From contig CACYCL010000198.1 of assembly GCA_902772905.1 (NCBI GenBank), forward strand, positions 1,177 through 65,176: a stretch of DNA of 64,000 nt, read 5' to 3'. Under the pieces are notes generated by a model. It made no database searches and had not been told where the DNA came from. It saw only the letters and a list, made by a program, of their open reading frames with translations. Positions 16,900 to 27,002 of this stretch are shown here, piece after piece; the stretch's first letter is position 1, and every line of letters starts with the position of its first letter. The position numbers and the translations under genes are program-made. This stretch comes from an uncultured bacterium. GTDB taxonomy: Bacteria > Verrucomicrobiota > Kiritimatiellia > RFP12 > UBA1067.

Positions 16900-19608
16900 T
16901 CAGCTATCCAGAGCTGATTTTGACTCACGCAGAATTTCATACAGAATTCGTGCACCTTCGGGCGTCGCGACATCTGCTATAAAACACAATCTGCCATCCC
17001 GTGAAAAAGACTCAACCTTACCTGTACGCTTTCCGTTTGTAGCAATACCATAGACGGCAAATGCATCAGGATCGTCTAAGGCTAGTGTTATTTTGGCTTT
17101 CCCGTTCTTTACAAGCGGACGGTGGCCCCACTTTAGCGTAGTCCGCATTTGATCGTCGGTGAACTTAGTACCTTCCCCTTGAACGTCAGTTATATGCGTC
17201 AAAAGCAACCGCTTAGACCTTGCGATGCTGGCGCCATCGAGCGAATTCACCCAAACAGTGGCAGGTGCGTCTTCGATTTTCGCACACAACAATCCCGCGT
17301 CGATTCTGCCAGCAGGCGCAAAGCCACCACAGGTACGAGGCGTGTCTATAACGACGGCACCTCGCACACGGTCCAATACGAGCGACTGGTGCTCTTCGCC
17401 AGCCGGAGACTCACCGTCAGCCTCTTCGCGCCTTATCACTTTAAGCTCGCTCGCAATAAGCGGAGAAAGACACGACCCAACGCGCATTCTCCATGCCACA
17501 TCACTCCAATCAGGAGCGGCGGCATGGGAACTTGTATGCGAAACAGCGCTTTCCGGCGTATTCCAAATCGCAATCCCCTTTTTGAACGGCAACAAGTCAC
17601 CGCGCATGAAAAGACAAAGACAAGCCCGCTCGCTAGCCTGAGCCAACGGATCGGATGCGAGGTCGAAATATCCAGGGCTACGCACGTCGGCATCACGCAA
17701 CTTGTCACTGCTATGCGCATACGCGAAGCGCCAAAGCCCGTCCCAATCCTGCAATGCCGCCATTGCACCAGTCAATATTCCACCTACCCCTCTATAGCGC
17801 CCTGGACCAGAGAAATTCCATTCACTTATCGTAAACGGCTTGTCCAGCATACGCACAAAAGCCTGCTTGCATGGAGAAAGAGACCTCTCGCCTAATAGCG
17901 GATTCAAATTCGGACATGTGCTCGGTAGTGACCATGGCTTTTCTAGGAACGTCGGATGATCGACATAGAAGTGATCATCGATGTAGTCATATTCGGCTGT
18001 TGCGATCTGAAGAGCAGCATAGTGCGGCCCACAGTTGTCATTCGTAATCAGGGCCTTGCACCCCAAAGTGCGCAGAAAAGCCCTCATTTTTGCAACCATC
18101 TTTGCCTCAAGGCATCCAGTCCACTGAGCAATCGCCGGATGCACACCATCTTTCCAGAAACTTTCCGGGAGACTATCCCCACTCATACCAGGCGCAAACA
18201 GCGGATCGACCTCGCGTTTTGCAGAAAGCCATGTAGACCATGACGCGAGAATGCGCGGATCGTTACGCACACCGCGGTTCCAGCCCATGAAGAACCCACC
18301 CTCGTTGACAAGCGAAACCAGAGGCAAAGCCGATTCGTCTGCATATCGACGGCCTGTGTATGGGTTTACATGCGTCAAGAAATTCCGCGCGAACTGTGCC
18401 CAGTTCTCAAAAGCCGGTTCATGCACTGCGCAAAGTGCTTTGAATAATTGCGTATCGACCATGCCGTCAGCGTCTACGCCTATATGACGCCATTTTATAT
18501 TGCGGGCACGTGAAACATATAGATCGGTAGTTATGTACAGACCAGCCCTGATGGCAGCATCAACAAAGTAGTCGAACCGCTCCATGTTCTCAGCATTGAG
18601 CGAAACTCCGTCTGCACTGCCTTGGGTCATTCCGCCATCGTGGTGGTGCATGCGAAGCGTATTGTAGCCTAGTCGCTTGAAACGCGTAATCAGAATATCC
18701 GCAAGCGCATGGTCCGGGAAATTCGCCGTTCCACAGAGATTCACTCCATAGAACCTCTGCGCCCTGCCAGGAAGACGCTCGAACTCAAAATGCCCGCCCA
18801 CATTTCTAATCCAACCGTGCTTTCCTGCCGGCGCGTCGGTAAAGCCCATCTGCGAAAAATCAAGGGCGCTTCCAGCGATTATGTCGCGATGGTAACTGAG
18901 CGGAATCCAGTCAGTCCCCGCACGTATGACACAGTGCTTCGCATCCCTTGCTTCAAACGGGATTGAGGACTTTACGTCAAAATCAAGTCTAAGCACATCT
19001 CCCTTCGCGATTCTGCGGCTGCGAAAGTCGCCAAATCTCACAACATACGTATCAGACCATTTCCGATTGTCCTGCACAAGATAGTCAGTTGCGTTCGCAA
19101 ACGAAAACCGCAACGGCGAGCCTCCAACTCCAGGAACCATGCCAAACGACCTGCACTTCCCTGAGGATATGCGAATTGCGTTACTGTCAAAATGCAGAAA
19201 TGTTCCATTTTTATCCTCGGTCCGCCATGGTTGCCCACTGGCCGACTTTGCGTCAAGGGTCATTGCTCCGCCTATCGTCACTCCGTCAAAGTCGTCAACT
19301 GCAACAAATGTGTATCTGATGCCAACAACGCCATTCTCCCTTTGCAAAAGTTCCGCAGTCGCATCTGCGAGCCTACGACCGCCATGCACAAATCGAAACT
19401 TCGCCACGCCCGGCGTGGCGATTTCGTATCCGCCAGCTTGGTGGGCACTAATCCATCCCTTGAGAAATACGATAGGTTTGAACTCTTTGTCACCGAACTG
19501 GATGCTGCCATCCGGGCGCAACACTACATCGACAGCACATGCAGCAGACGCGACAACAAGCGAAAATGCACAAGTGACAATTGACTTCAACATATCGTAC
19601 AACATCAT
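16900..19608 (-). CDS. Secreted putative TIM-barrel glycoside hydrolase (GH5-like), 902 aa
   Basis: Signal peptide MMLYDMLKSIVTCAFSLVVASAACA. Segment FYGVNLCGTANFPDHALADILITRFKRLGYNTLRMHH ... LVSLVNEGGF carries an NE acid/base-like motif. The family is uncertain. Confidence 0.5.
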   Translation of the reverse strand: MMLYDMLKSIVTCAFSLVVASAACAVDVVLRPDGSIQFGDKEFKPIVFLKGWISAHQAGGYEIATPGVAKFRFVHGGRRLADATAELLQRENGVVGIRYTFVAVDDFDGVTIGGAMTLDAKSASGQPWRTEDKNGTFLHFDSNAIRISSGKCRSFGMVPGVGGSPLRFSFANATDYLVQDNRKWSDTYVVRFGDFRSRRIAKGDVLRLDFDVKSSIPFEARDAKHCVIRAGTDWIPLSYHRDIIAGSALDFSQMGFTDAPAGKHGWIRNVGGHFEFERLPGRAQRFYGVNLCGTANFPDHALADILITRFKRLGYNTLRMHHHDGGMTQGSADGVSLNAENMERFDYFVDAAIRAGLYITTDLYVSRARNIKWRHIGVDADGMVDTQLFKALCAVHEPAFENWAQFARNFLTHVNPYTGRRYADESALPLVSLVNEGGFFMGWNRGVRNDPRILASWSTWLSAKREVDPLFAPGMSGDSLPESFWKDGVHPAIAQWTGCLEAKMVAKMRAFLRTLGCKALITNDNCGPHYAALQIATAEYDYIDDHFYVDHPTFLEKPWSLPSTCPNLNPLLGERSLSPCKQAFVRMLDKPFTISEWNFSGPGRYRGVGGILTGAMAALQDWDGLWRFAYAHSSDKLRDADVRSPGYFDLASDPLAQASERACLCLFMRGDLLPFKKGIAIWNTPESAVSHTSSHAAAPDWSDVAWRMRVGSCLSPLIASELKVIRREEADGESPAGEEHQSLVLDRVRGAVVIDTPRTCGGFAPAGRIDAGLLCAKIEDAPATVWVNSLDGASIARSKRLLLTHITDVQGEGTKFTDDQMRTTLKWGHRPLVKNGKAKITLALDDPDAFAVYGIATNGKRTGKVESFSRDGRLCFIADVATPEGARILYEILRESKSALDS

Positions 19609-19654
19609 TACTCGAACAGGAGCGTAGACACAGTGCCCCAGACCACAATTTTAA

Positions 19655-21358
19655 TCAAATGTGCTCTGGAGTTTCAATGCCAAGAAGAGCTAGGCCTGTT
19701 TTTAGAACCTCGCCAAAAAGCGAGCAGAGACGAATGCGCGCACCTCGCACTGGCTCGTCACTGCGGAGGATCGGCAAGTTCTGGTAAAAGCTTGAGTAGT
19801 ACTGCGCAGTCTGAAACAGATAATCCGCAAGAATCGACGGCTTGTACAACTCTGCAGAACGAACCACCGTGCCTGGAAACTTAAGAAGCTGCAGTGCCAG
19901 ACTCTTCTCGGCAGGTTCGGCAAGCGCCGCCGCAAAGCCGTCGGCGACAGTAACGTTGCCCTGTTGCCACCCTGCCTTTGAAAGGAGCGAACGGACACGG
20001 GCATACGCATACTGCAGATAGGGGCCAGAATTGCCCTCCAATGCAAGCGCTTTATCCCAATTGAAATCTATGGCAGTTGCTGGATCGTGCGACAGATCAG
20101 CATATTTGACCGCACCTATTCCAATCTGCTCAGCTAATCGCTCAACAAGGGCATCGTCCATGTCCGCCCTCATCTTCACAATCTCGCCAGCACGCCGCAC
20201 TGCCTCATTAAGAAGGTCTTCGAGCCGTATGAGATTGCCCTCGCGCGTTGAAATTGCCCTGCCTTGGTATGACATGAGACCAAATGGAACATGAACAAGT
20301 TTCGTAGTGCAGCCCATCTTTGCCGCGATGTAGAAGAACTGCTTGAAATGAAGCTGCTGACGATCATCGGTTACGTAGATAATCCGATCAGGAGCATACT
20401 CGGCTACGCGAGAAGCAACGCAAGCCAGATCACTAGTTGTGTAGTTGTAACCGCCATCAGATTTGCGAACAATCGCGACTCCAAGCTTTTCTTCTTCCAA
20501 ATTCACTACAAGCGCACCCTCTGACTCGACAGCAAGTCCAGCCGTCACAAGCTTATCCACGACACCAGGCATCATCTTATTATAGTACGACTCACCACGA
20601 TACGTGTCAAACTTGACTCCGAGTCTGCGATACATGCGCTCAAATTCACCGATTGAGATGTCGATAAAACGCCTCCACAGCGCAAGGTTCTCGCTGTCAC
20701 CCTGCTGTAGCTTCACCAACTCGACGCGGCATGCGTCCTTCCACAATCCGTCTTCATCCTTAGCCTTTGCAGCCGAGAGAACATAGCACTTCTCAAGATT
20801 CGCGACTGTAAGATTCTTGCGCTCTTCATCCGTAAGGCATTCACGGTAGCCTTTTATGAGGATTCCAAACTGCGTGCCCCAATCGCCAAGATGATTGTCC
20901 GCTATAACCTCGTAGCCAAGCGAGCGGAAAATGCGATCAATCGCGCAGCCGATCACCGTGGAACGGATATGCCCTATGTGCATTTGCTTCGCCGCATTTG
21001 GCGACGAATAGTCAATAACAATGCGCTTTCCGATGCCGACTTGTGGAATTCCACACGAAGGCTTAGACGCCAGTCCGATCAAGCAGGAATCGAGCCAGTC
21101 AGACGCGACGGTCAGATTTAGAAAACCTGGACCAGCAACCTCCGCCTTTTCAAACACGGCACATTTCACTAACCGCTCCGCAACCGCACCACCAACTTCT
21201 CTAGGATTACGCCCAAGTCGTTTCGCAAGTTTCAGCGCATCATTGCACTGGTAGTCGCCAAACTTATGGTCTGTCGCCGGTACAACACGAACAAACGAGA
21301 AGTCTTCCCCCGGGAATGCATCCTCAAAAGCATGTTTAACTATTTCGCTTAGTTCCAT
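19655..21358 (-). CDS. argS: Arginine--tRNA ligase
   Basis: 567 aa. HIGH motif (MHIGHIRS) and a DALR-type C-terminus. Confidence 0.95.
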   Translation of the reverse strand: MELSEIVKHAFEDAFPGEDFSFVRVVPATDHKFGDYQCNDALKLAKRLGRNPREVGGAVAERLVKCAVFEKAEVAGPGFLNLTVASDWLDSCLIGLASKPSCGIPQVGIGKRIVIDYSSPNAAKQMHIGHIRSTVIGCAIDRIFRSLGYEVIADNHLGDWGTQFGILIKGYRECLTDEERKNLTVANLEKCYVLSAAKAKDEDGLWKDACRVELVKLQQGDSENLALWRRFIDISIGEFERMYRRLGVKFDTYRGESYYNKMMPGVVDKLVTAGLAVESEGALVVNLEEEKLGVAIVRKSDGGYNYTTSDLACVASRVAEYAPDRIIYVTDDRQQLHFKQFFYIAAKMGCTTKLVHVPFGLMSYQGRAISTREGNLIRLEDLLNEAVRRAGEIVKMRADMDDALVERLAEQIGIGAVKYADLSHDPATAIDFNWDKALALEGNSGPYLQYAYARVRSLLSKAGWQQGNVTVADGFAAALAEPAEKSLALQLLKFPGTVVRSAELYKPSILADYLFQTAQYYSSFYQNLPILRSDEPVRGARIRLCSLFGEVLKTGLALLGIETPEHI

Positions 21359-21401
21359 TCTGCTGTTTCCTCACATATCTGCCGCATTGGAGCGGCGGGC
21401 A

Positions 21402-22337
21402 CTAAAGCAATGGTTTGCTGACATCGTTGAGAAGGTTGGACCACTCCCGCTCCTTCTTGATCTTCTGGCGTCGGTCCTGCAACCGACGATAGTCGATTCT
21501 GTTGGCAAATATCTGCGCAGCAAGTATCTCATTTATGTAGACCATGTGCGCTGAACGTATTCCAGAACGAAATGCGTTCACATCTGGCGAATGCTGCATC
21601 AACTCTGGAAGCGAACCAAGCATCGCATCAGCGGTCCGCGCATCGCCGGCAACCCGAGAGTAACCATCGCCGAAAAAAATGAAACCACCGCGGCGAAGTA
21701 TCCCGTCTATCTCCGTACGCTGATCGTTTATGCGTTTAACCAGAGACTTTGACGCCTCGTTCTTGACAAACTTTCCCGTCAGCACATACTTTGGCGTGGC
21801 GGGTTTTGGCCTTGCAGGCACAGTCTGACGCTGTGGATACGAAGAATTCCAGGCAGACTTTTTTGGCGCCGGGTCGTCGTCGAACAGATCATCTAGCGCA
21901 TCTACATCGGAAACGGCATCGACAACGACCGGCAAAGTGCACGTCTGCGCCGTTGCTGAAGCATTCGGCTCAGGCATAATCTTCGTCACATTCGCCGGAT
22001 CTTGAGTCTTGAGAAAATCGACCCAGTCGATTATCTGCCCAGTAACAGGCATGGAGTTTATCCGTATGCCTGTACCCCAACGCTCAACGACATACGGTGG
22101 ATCGATGTACTTCCCGTTTATGAACACAAGACCAGCTGAGAACTGCTTGCCGCGCGTGACGCCAATAGACTTCGCGCCCTCCCAAGGAACATCCTCAAAC
22201 GCCATCGCCGCCCTTGTCAGCGTGACGAACCCCGCCAGCAATATAGCTCTAACTGTCACTGCTTCAAAAAGATCCCACATTGCCGTAGCACAGAACCCCC
22301 GGAACCCGTCGTTCCAATGCAGAGCTTGACGCCCCAT
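21402..22337 (-). CDS. Hypothetical protein (N-terminal TM, Pro-rich centre); start uncertain
   Basis: Complete ORF between pheT and argS in the same orientation. No family recognised. ATG 22337 or M at 22280 are possible starts. Confidence 0.5.
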   Translation of the reverse strand: MGRQALHWNDGFRGFCATAMWDLFEAVTVRAILLAGFVTLTRAAMAFEDVPWEGAKSIGVTRGKQFSAGLVFINGKYIDPPYVVERWGTGIRINSMPVTGQIIDWVDFLKTQDPANVTKIMPEPNASATAQTCTLPVVVDAVSDVDALDDLFDDDPAPKKSAWNSSYPQRQTVPARPKPATPKYVLTGKFVKNEASKSLVKRINDQRTEIDGILRRGGFIFFGDGYSRVAGDARTADAMLGSLPELMQHSPDVNAFRSGIRSAHMVYINEILAAQIFANRIDYRRLQDRRQKIKKEREWSNLLNDVSKPLL

Positions 22338-22400
22338 ATTCAAATGTCGGTCGAAGAAATATCTGCTGAATCCGCGTGCAACATAGGACCCACGTCCAAG

Positions 22401-24911
22401 TCAACCTTCCCTCACCTCGATGCCAGCGGTCGCCTTGAGGGCTTCGACGATTCGCTGGAAGGTCTGACCGACCTCGTCGTCTGTCAGCGTCTTCTCGCCA
22501 GAGCGGAACTCAAGCGAATATGCGCGTGATGTTTTGAATATATCAAAAAGCTCGATGCGTGTCAACTCACGCCCCCCGTTTTTCCGAATGACATCCACAA
22601 TGTCTGAGTTGGTCACCCATTCCTTAACGTTTAGCGCGACATCACGTCTAACGGACGGGAATTGCGGCACTGGCGAAACCTTGCCCGAATAGGCAAACTT
22701 CTTCAGGAGGGGCTTTAGCTCAAGCTCGCATAGTCCCATTTGGGTAGTAAGCCTGAACGGATGGCGAAGGCGCGCGGAAACGGCTCCCAATATGCCGATC
22801 TGGCGTCCGTTAAGACGCACAGCCAGCGTAGCACCACAGGCAAACGCCGGATGCTCGCCCGGCGAAAACTCCACGCGACCCGCATGAAGCTTCGCAATCA
22901 GTTCCTCAACCGCCCCTTTCAACCAAAGCACAGTCTCTTCTTCGCCGAGCGGCAGACGCCGACGAAGAGTCTCTCGTCCGACGGGACCGACAAAGCCAAG
23001 CGACAGCATCTCTCGCTCACACGGAATCGGCGCCGCGCCAGCAGGCGTTGTTGGGGCAATCGACGTAAACACCTTGCCGATCTCAAAGAGAAGCGCAGCA
23101 TCGACCTGATGCGATGCATTGCGGCCAAGAGAACCATAAAGCTGAGGCAGAAGCGAATCGCGCATATAGCCATATTCCGCCGAAACCGGATCTGGAATCG
23201 CTAGCCGACACCTGTTAGTCTCTTCGCGAGAGTCGAAGTCGTTCAATTCTTTGGCAGAAAGGAACGAATAATGCATTGCTTCACTGAAGCCCAAGGCAAT
23301 GCAAAGCCCGCGAACCCGGCACTTCGCTCGGAATGGTATATCCGAGAGCGATGAGACAGACGGCGCCGACGGCATATTGTCTGGGATGTTGTCGAGTCCA
23401 TACAGACGCGCTATCTCTTCGATAATATCCGCCTCCATAGATAAATCCCAGCGCCAAGACGGGATCGCAAATTCAACAGACTCCTCTGCCGCAAAATGGT
23501 CAAGCTGCGAATTCGGAACAAGACCTATGGACTTCAGTATGAAGACCATCGCATCGTTGCCGATGTTTATGCCGATGAGCTTGCGCGCGCGCTCGAAATC
23601 GAGCACTACCGGAGTATTGTGCGAGTAGTCCACACCATGCACGGCCCATGGCACATCTGCAGGTCCGCACAATTTCCGGCTGTCAATGTCCACGATACCC
23701 TTAGCTACCTTTGCGTTGCCATATCGCTGCAAGAGGTGCGCGGCGCGGCGCGACGCGAAGTCGGCAACCGACTTGTCAACGCCGCGAATGTAACGGTAAC
23801 TCGATTCGCTTGAGAGGGCAAGTGCCGTCGCTGTGCGCTTTATCGAGGCCGGCTCGAAGAGTGCGCTCTCAAGAAGAACCGTCGTAGTTCCAGGGGCTAC
23901 TCCAGAGTCTTCGCCGCCCATAATGCCGGCAATCGCGTTTGGCCTTTCGGAATCACAGATAACAAGCATTGACGGATCGAGACGGCGTTCAACGCCATCG
24001 AGCGTTCTCATCGTCTCATCATGGCGAGCGTCGCGGACAACAATCGTGCGATCCTTGAGCTTCGTATGGTCGAAAGCGTGCATGGGCTGCCCAAGCTCAA
24101 ACATCACATAGTTTGTGACATCCACTGCAAGGCCAAGCGAGCGCACGCCGCAAAGTTCAAGACGCTTGGCCATGAAATCTGGCGACGGCACATCCGGCTT
24201 CATCTCGGTCACAACACGCGCGGTGTATCGCAGGCACTTCTCCGTGTCCTCGACGACAACCTTTACTTCGTCGCCTACATCGACATCACACTCAACAAAG
24301 TCAACAGGCGGCATCGCAACCGGACGGTTCAATATTGCGCCAAACTCGCGAGCGAGTCCCAAGATGCTTAGCGCATCAGGCCGATTCCACGTGACTTCAA
24401 CGTCGAATACGACCTCTGGCTTTTCAAGTTTGGCAACGTCTCTCACCAGCGCACCCGTTGGTGTCTCGGATGGATACTCTATGACACCAGCTTCTCCTGC
24501 TCCGATGCAAAGCTCTTTTTCGCTGCAGCACATGCCGAAAGAATCGACTCCACGCAGCCTGCCCTTCTTTATTTTCTCAGGGATGCCGTTCTTGTCGAGG
24601 AACGCAGGTATAGGAGCGCCTATTTTCGCAAATGCCGTCTTGATCCCCTTTCGCATGTTGGGTGCGCCGCACACAACCTGGAACTCCTCTTTGCCATCAG
24701 TCACTTTGCAGATGTGAAGGTGATCAGAGTTCGGATGTGCCTCACACTCCAGAACCTCAGCGACGACTATGAGTTCCGAGAGTTCTGTTTCTCCGACAGA
24801 TTCAACTGCCTCAACCTGTAAACCCGCACGCGTAAGCTTTTCTGCGAGTTCCTTGGGGTCTATGTCGTCTACTTTTACGTAATCGTTAAGCCAACTGAGT
24901 GGAAGTTTCAT
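22401..24911 (-). CDS. pheT: Phenylalanine--tRNA ligase beta subunit
   Basis: 836 aa. N-terminus MKLPLSWLNDYV, with tRNA-binding, B3/4, B5 and FDX-ACB-like regions. Confidence 0.95.
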   Translation of the reverse strand: MKLPLSWLNDYVKVDDIDPKELAEKLTRAGLQVEAVESVGETELSELIVVAEVLECEAHPNSDHLHICKVTDGKEEFQVVCGAPNMRKGIKTAFAKIGAPIPAFLDKNGIPEKIKKGRLRGVDSFGMCCSEKELCIGAGEAGVIEYPSETPTGALVRDVAKLEKPEVVFDVEVTWNRPDALSILGLAREFGAILNRPVAMPPVDFVECDVDVGDEVKVVVEDTEKCLRYTARVVTEMKPDVPSPDFMAKRLELCGVRSLGLAVDVTNYVMFELGQPMHAFDHTKLKDRTIVVRDARHDETMRTLDGVERRLDPSMLVICDSERPNAIAGIMGGEDSGVAPGTTTVLLESALFEPASIKRTATALALSSESSYRYIRGVDKSVADFASRRAAHLLQRYGNAKVAKGIVDIDSRKLCGPADVPWAVHGVDYSHNTPVVLDFERARKLIGINIGNDAMVFILKSIGLVPNSQLDHFAAEESVEFAIPSWRWDLSMEADIIEEIARLYGLDNIPDNMPSAPSVSSLSDIPFRAKCRVRGLCIALGFSEAMHYSFLSAKELNDFDSREETNRCRLAIPDPVSAEYGYMRDSLLPQLYGSLGRNASHQVDAALLFEIGKVFTSIAPTTPAGAAPIPCEREMLSLGFVGPVGRETLRRRLPLGEEETVLWLKGAVEELIAKLHAGRVEFSPGEHPAFACGATLAVRLNGRQIGILGAVSARLRHPFRLTTQMGLCELELKPLLKKFAYSGKVSPVPQFPSVRRDVALNVKEWVTNSDIVDVIRKNGGRELTRIELFDIFKTSRAYSLEFRSGEKTLTDDEVGQTFQRIVEALKATAGIEVREG

Positions 24912-26415
24912 CGGTGTTCTGGTTTTCTTGTGCTACCTGCGTTTCATTGAGAGTCGAATTCGCCTGCGCTTCAGGAGCCATTGGAACTTCTTGAGCATCA
25001 TGGGCGACCTGAGCTTCTGGCTCTGCCGGTTTGTCCTGTTTCTTCGTGCGCTTCTTCCACTGAGGCCCGTACTTCGGAAATTTCTCCACGATCGAGAACA
25101 CACCGTTTGTGAATGCTACAGCATGGCCAGTCGAAACCAGCCAGTTGAGGTGTTTTTCGAAATCAGGACAATCCGGAAACTCGCTCTTATCGAGGCACGG
25201 ATGCGCGACGAGATACGTAGCGGCCGCAGCAAGTTCCGGAATCGCGTGCGCAGAGTCGAATTCCTTGTATTCCACATTCGTCACAAACTCCGAACCGTGC
25301 GCATCGTTGACGCGGAAGAACTTCAGCTTTCTGTGGTGAAATGCCCCCCGCAGCGCAAAGCACATGCCGTACGGCGCACGGCACTCAGCTGCAAGAGCAT
25401 CGTTAACGGCCCACACGAGAGGCTTGACAGGCGATTTTAGGGCAACATCGGCCGTCAGCATGAGATGCTTCGGTCGCGTCATTATCGACGGCAGGAATGT
25501 CCTTCGGAACTCACTCTCTGCCTGATCGCGTATAAGCTGAGCCGCACCTTCGACATCAGCCTGGCCCTTTGCAAAATAGACCGTCTTCTTCACGGCACCC
25601 TTGCGCCACTCCTCGATTACTTCAGGATCGCGCACCATCTCAATGTGCGAGCGATACTGCTCCTCGGTCATCTGCGGGAACTTCGTGCGAACGACCTCGC
25701 GCACAACGGAATTGAATTCGTGTATGTTCGGAGGCCCAAGCAGCACACCCGACAGACCACACCGTGCGACGCAGTTGAAATTGCCCTTGGGCGGCTCTGT
25801 GTCAATTTCCTTGGCATCGTAATAGTCGCCGAGGTGAGCGGCGACGGCATGCTCAACTACGTCATCCTCGCAAGTGGACGCAAAGCCGCATGCCTTGCAC
25901 TGGAAAAACGTCTGCGCAGCCGAGCCCTGCATGGTGTCACGCGGCATGATCTTGAGCAGGACGGACTCGGGGTTGTCGAGGAAGAAATAGGCAAGATCCT
26001 TGAGCTTGTAGGCATGGATATCATTCTGCAGCTTTCGTATGATGGTGCCGAGCGCCTTGGTCTCAGGTAGCACCTTCACTTCGACTGCCAAAGGACACGG
26101 ACGCTCCACTGGCGTCTGGCGTTGACCACGTCCGTCAAATGGCTTGCGCCCACCCTTCTGCCTACGGTCGTCGAATTGCTTTCTGTCGCCAAACTGCTTC
26201 TTTTCGCCGAAGGGCTTGCGGTCGCCGAAAGGCTTGCGGTCTTCAAAGGATCTGCGCCCCGACTGACCGCGGCCAGTGGGTTCGTCGTCCTTCATCCGTA
26301 TTTCTGGACGTATGTTACCAACCGAGATCTTCGCCTCCTTCTTAGCCCACGCAGGCGTGAAGTCGAATGATCCGAGGGAACTCAGGTCTACACCGCCGCT
26401 TACCTCTTCGCTCAT
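24886..26415 (-). CDS. Uncharacterised protein with N-terminal R/K/G hexapeptide repeats and a C2H2-like zinc finger, 509 aa
   Basis: Repeats FEDRKP-FGDRKP-FGEKKQ-FGDRKQ. CKAC-x12-H-x4-H at 25834-25899. The 3' end overlaps the pheT start by 26 nt. Confidence 0.7.
   Translation of the reverse strand: MSEEVSGGVDLSSLGSFDFTPAWAKKEAKISVGNIRPEIRMKDDEPTGRGQSGRRSFEDRKPFGDRKPFGEKKQFGDRKQFDDRRQKGGRKPFDGRGQRQTPVERPCPLAVEVKVLPETKALGTIIRKLQNDIHAYKLKDLAYFFLDNPESVLLKIMPRDTMQGSAAQTFFQCKACGFASTCEDDVVEHAVAAHLGDYYDAKEIDTEPPKGNFNCVARCGLSGVLLGPPNIHEFNSVVREVVRTKFPQMTEEQYRSHIEMVRDPEVIEEWRKGAVKKTVYFAKGQADVEGAAQLIRDQAESEFRRTFLPSIMTRPKHLMLTADVALKSPVKPLVWAVNDALAAECRAPYGMCFALRGAFHHRKLKFFRVNDAHGSEFVTNVEYKEFDSAHAIPELAAAATYLVAHPCLDKSEFPDCPDFEKHLNWLVSTGHAVAFTNGVFSIVEKFPKYGPQWKKRTKKQDKPAEPEAQVAHDAQEVPMAPEAQANSTLNETQVAQENQNTDETSTQLA
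26122..26250 (-). repeat. Tandem 18-nt (hexapeptide) repeats inside the 509-aa ORF
   Basis: Plus-strand units ttcgccgaagggcttgcg / gtcgccgaaaggcttgcg and degenerate neighbours. They encode (F)(G/E/D)(D/E)(R/K)K(P/Q). Confidence 0.7.
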
Positions 26416-26422
26416 GGCTCAT

Positions 26423-26962
26423 CTATCCTTTTATGAATTTGATGCCTGCCTCAACCGCCTTCAAGTTGAGGTCCAAAAGATTCGCTTTGCGTGCGCTAAT
26501 GGTTTCGCGTAACGCATTCGACACGGTCTCGCACTTCACGCAGCCAGTCTTCGCCACAATAGCGCCCAGGATTATCATGTTGGCGAGTGACGTAGCCTCC
26601 ATGTCCTTAGCCATCTTTGTGGCTGGAATATACACAGCAGCCACATCGTCGCGCCCGACCTTTCGCTCAATGAGCGAAGAATCGACAAATATGATGCCGC
26701 CAGTAGCAACGGTATCCTCGAACTTGTCAAGCGACGGCTCGTTCATCACCATGAGGATGTTCGGGTGCGCTATGATGGGTGATCCTACAGGATCGTCCGA
26801 CACGATGACAGAGCAATTGCACGTTCCGCCGCGCATCTCTGGACCGTATGATGGAAGCCACGAAAGTTCCTTCCCCTCTATAAGCGCCGCATGTGCGAGA
26901 ACCTTGCCGGAGAACAGCAGCCCTTGTCCGCCGAATCCTGCCATTATCGTTTCAAATGTCAT
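26423..26962 (-). CDS. 2-oxoacid:ferredoxin oxidoreductase gamma subunit
   Basis: MTFETIMAGFGGQGLLFSGKVLAHAAL. Last gene of a D-A-B-G(C) ordered cluster. Confidence 0.9.
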   Translation of the reverse strand: MTFETIMAGFGGQGLLFSGKVLAHAALIEGKELSWLPSYGPEMRGGTCNCSVIVSDDPVGSPIIAHPNILMVMNEPSLDKFEDTVATGGIIFVDSSLIERKVGRDDVAAVYIPATKMAKDMEATSLANMIILGAIVAKTGCVKCETVSNALRETISARKANLLDLNLKAVEAGIKFIKG

Positions 26963-27002
26963 TTCAAGTCCCTCTTTCTAGAAGCTCCAATCGCTTTTTC
27001 CG

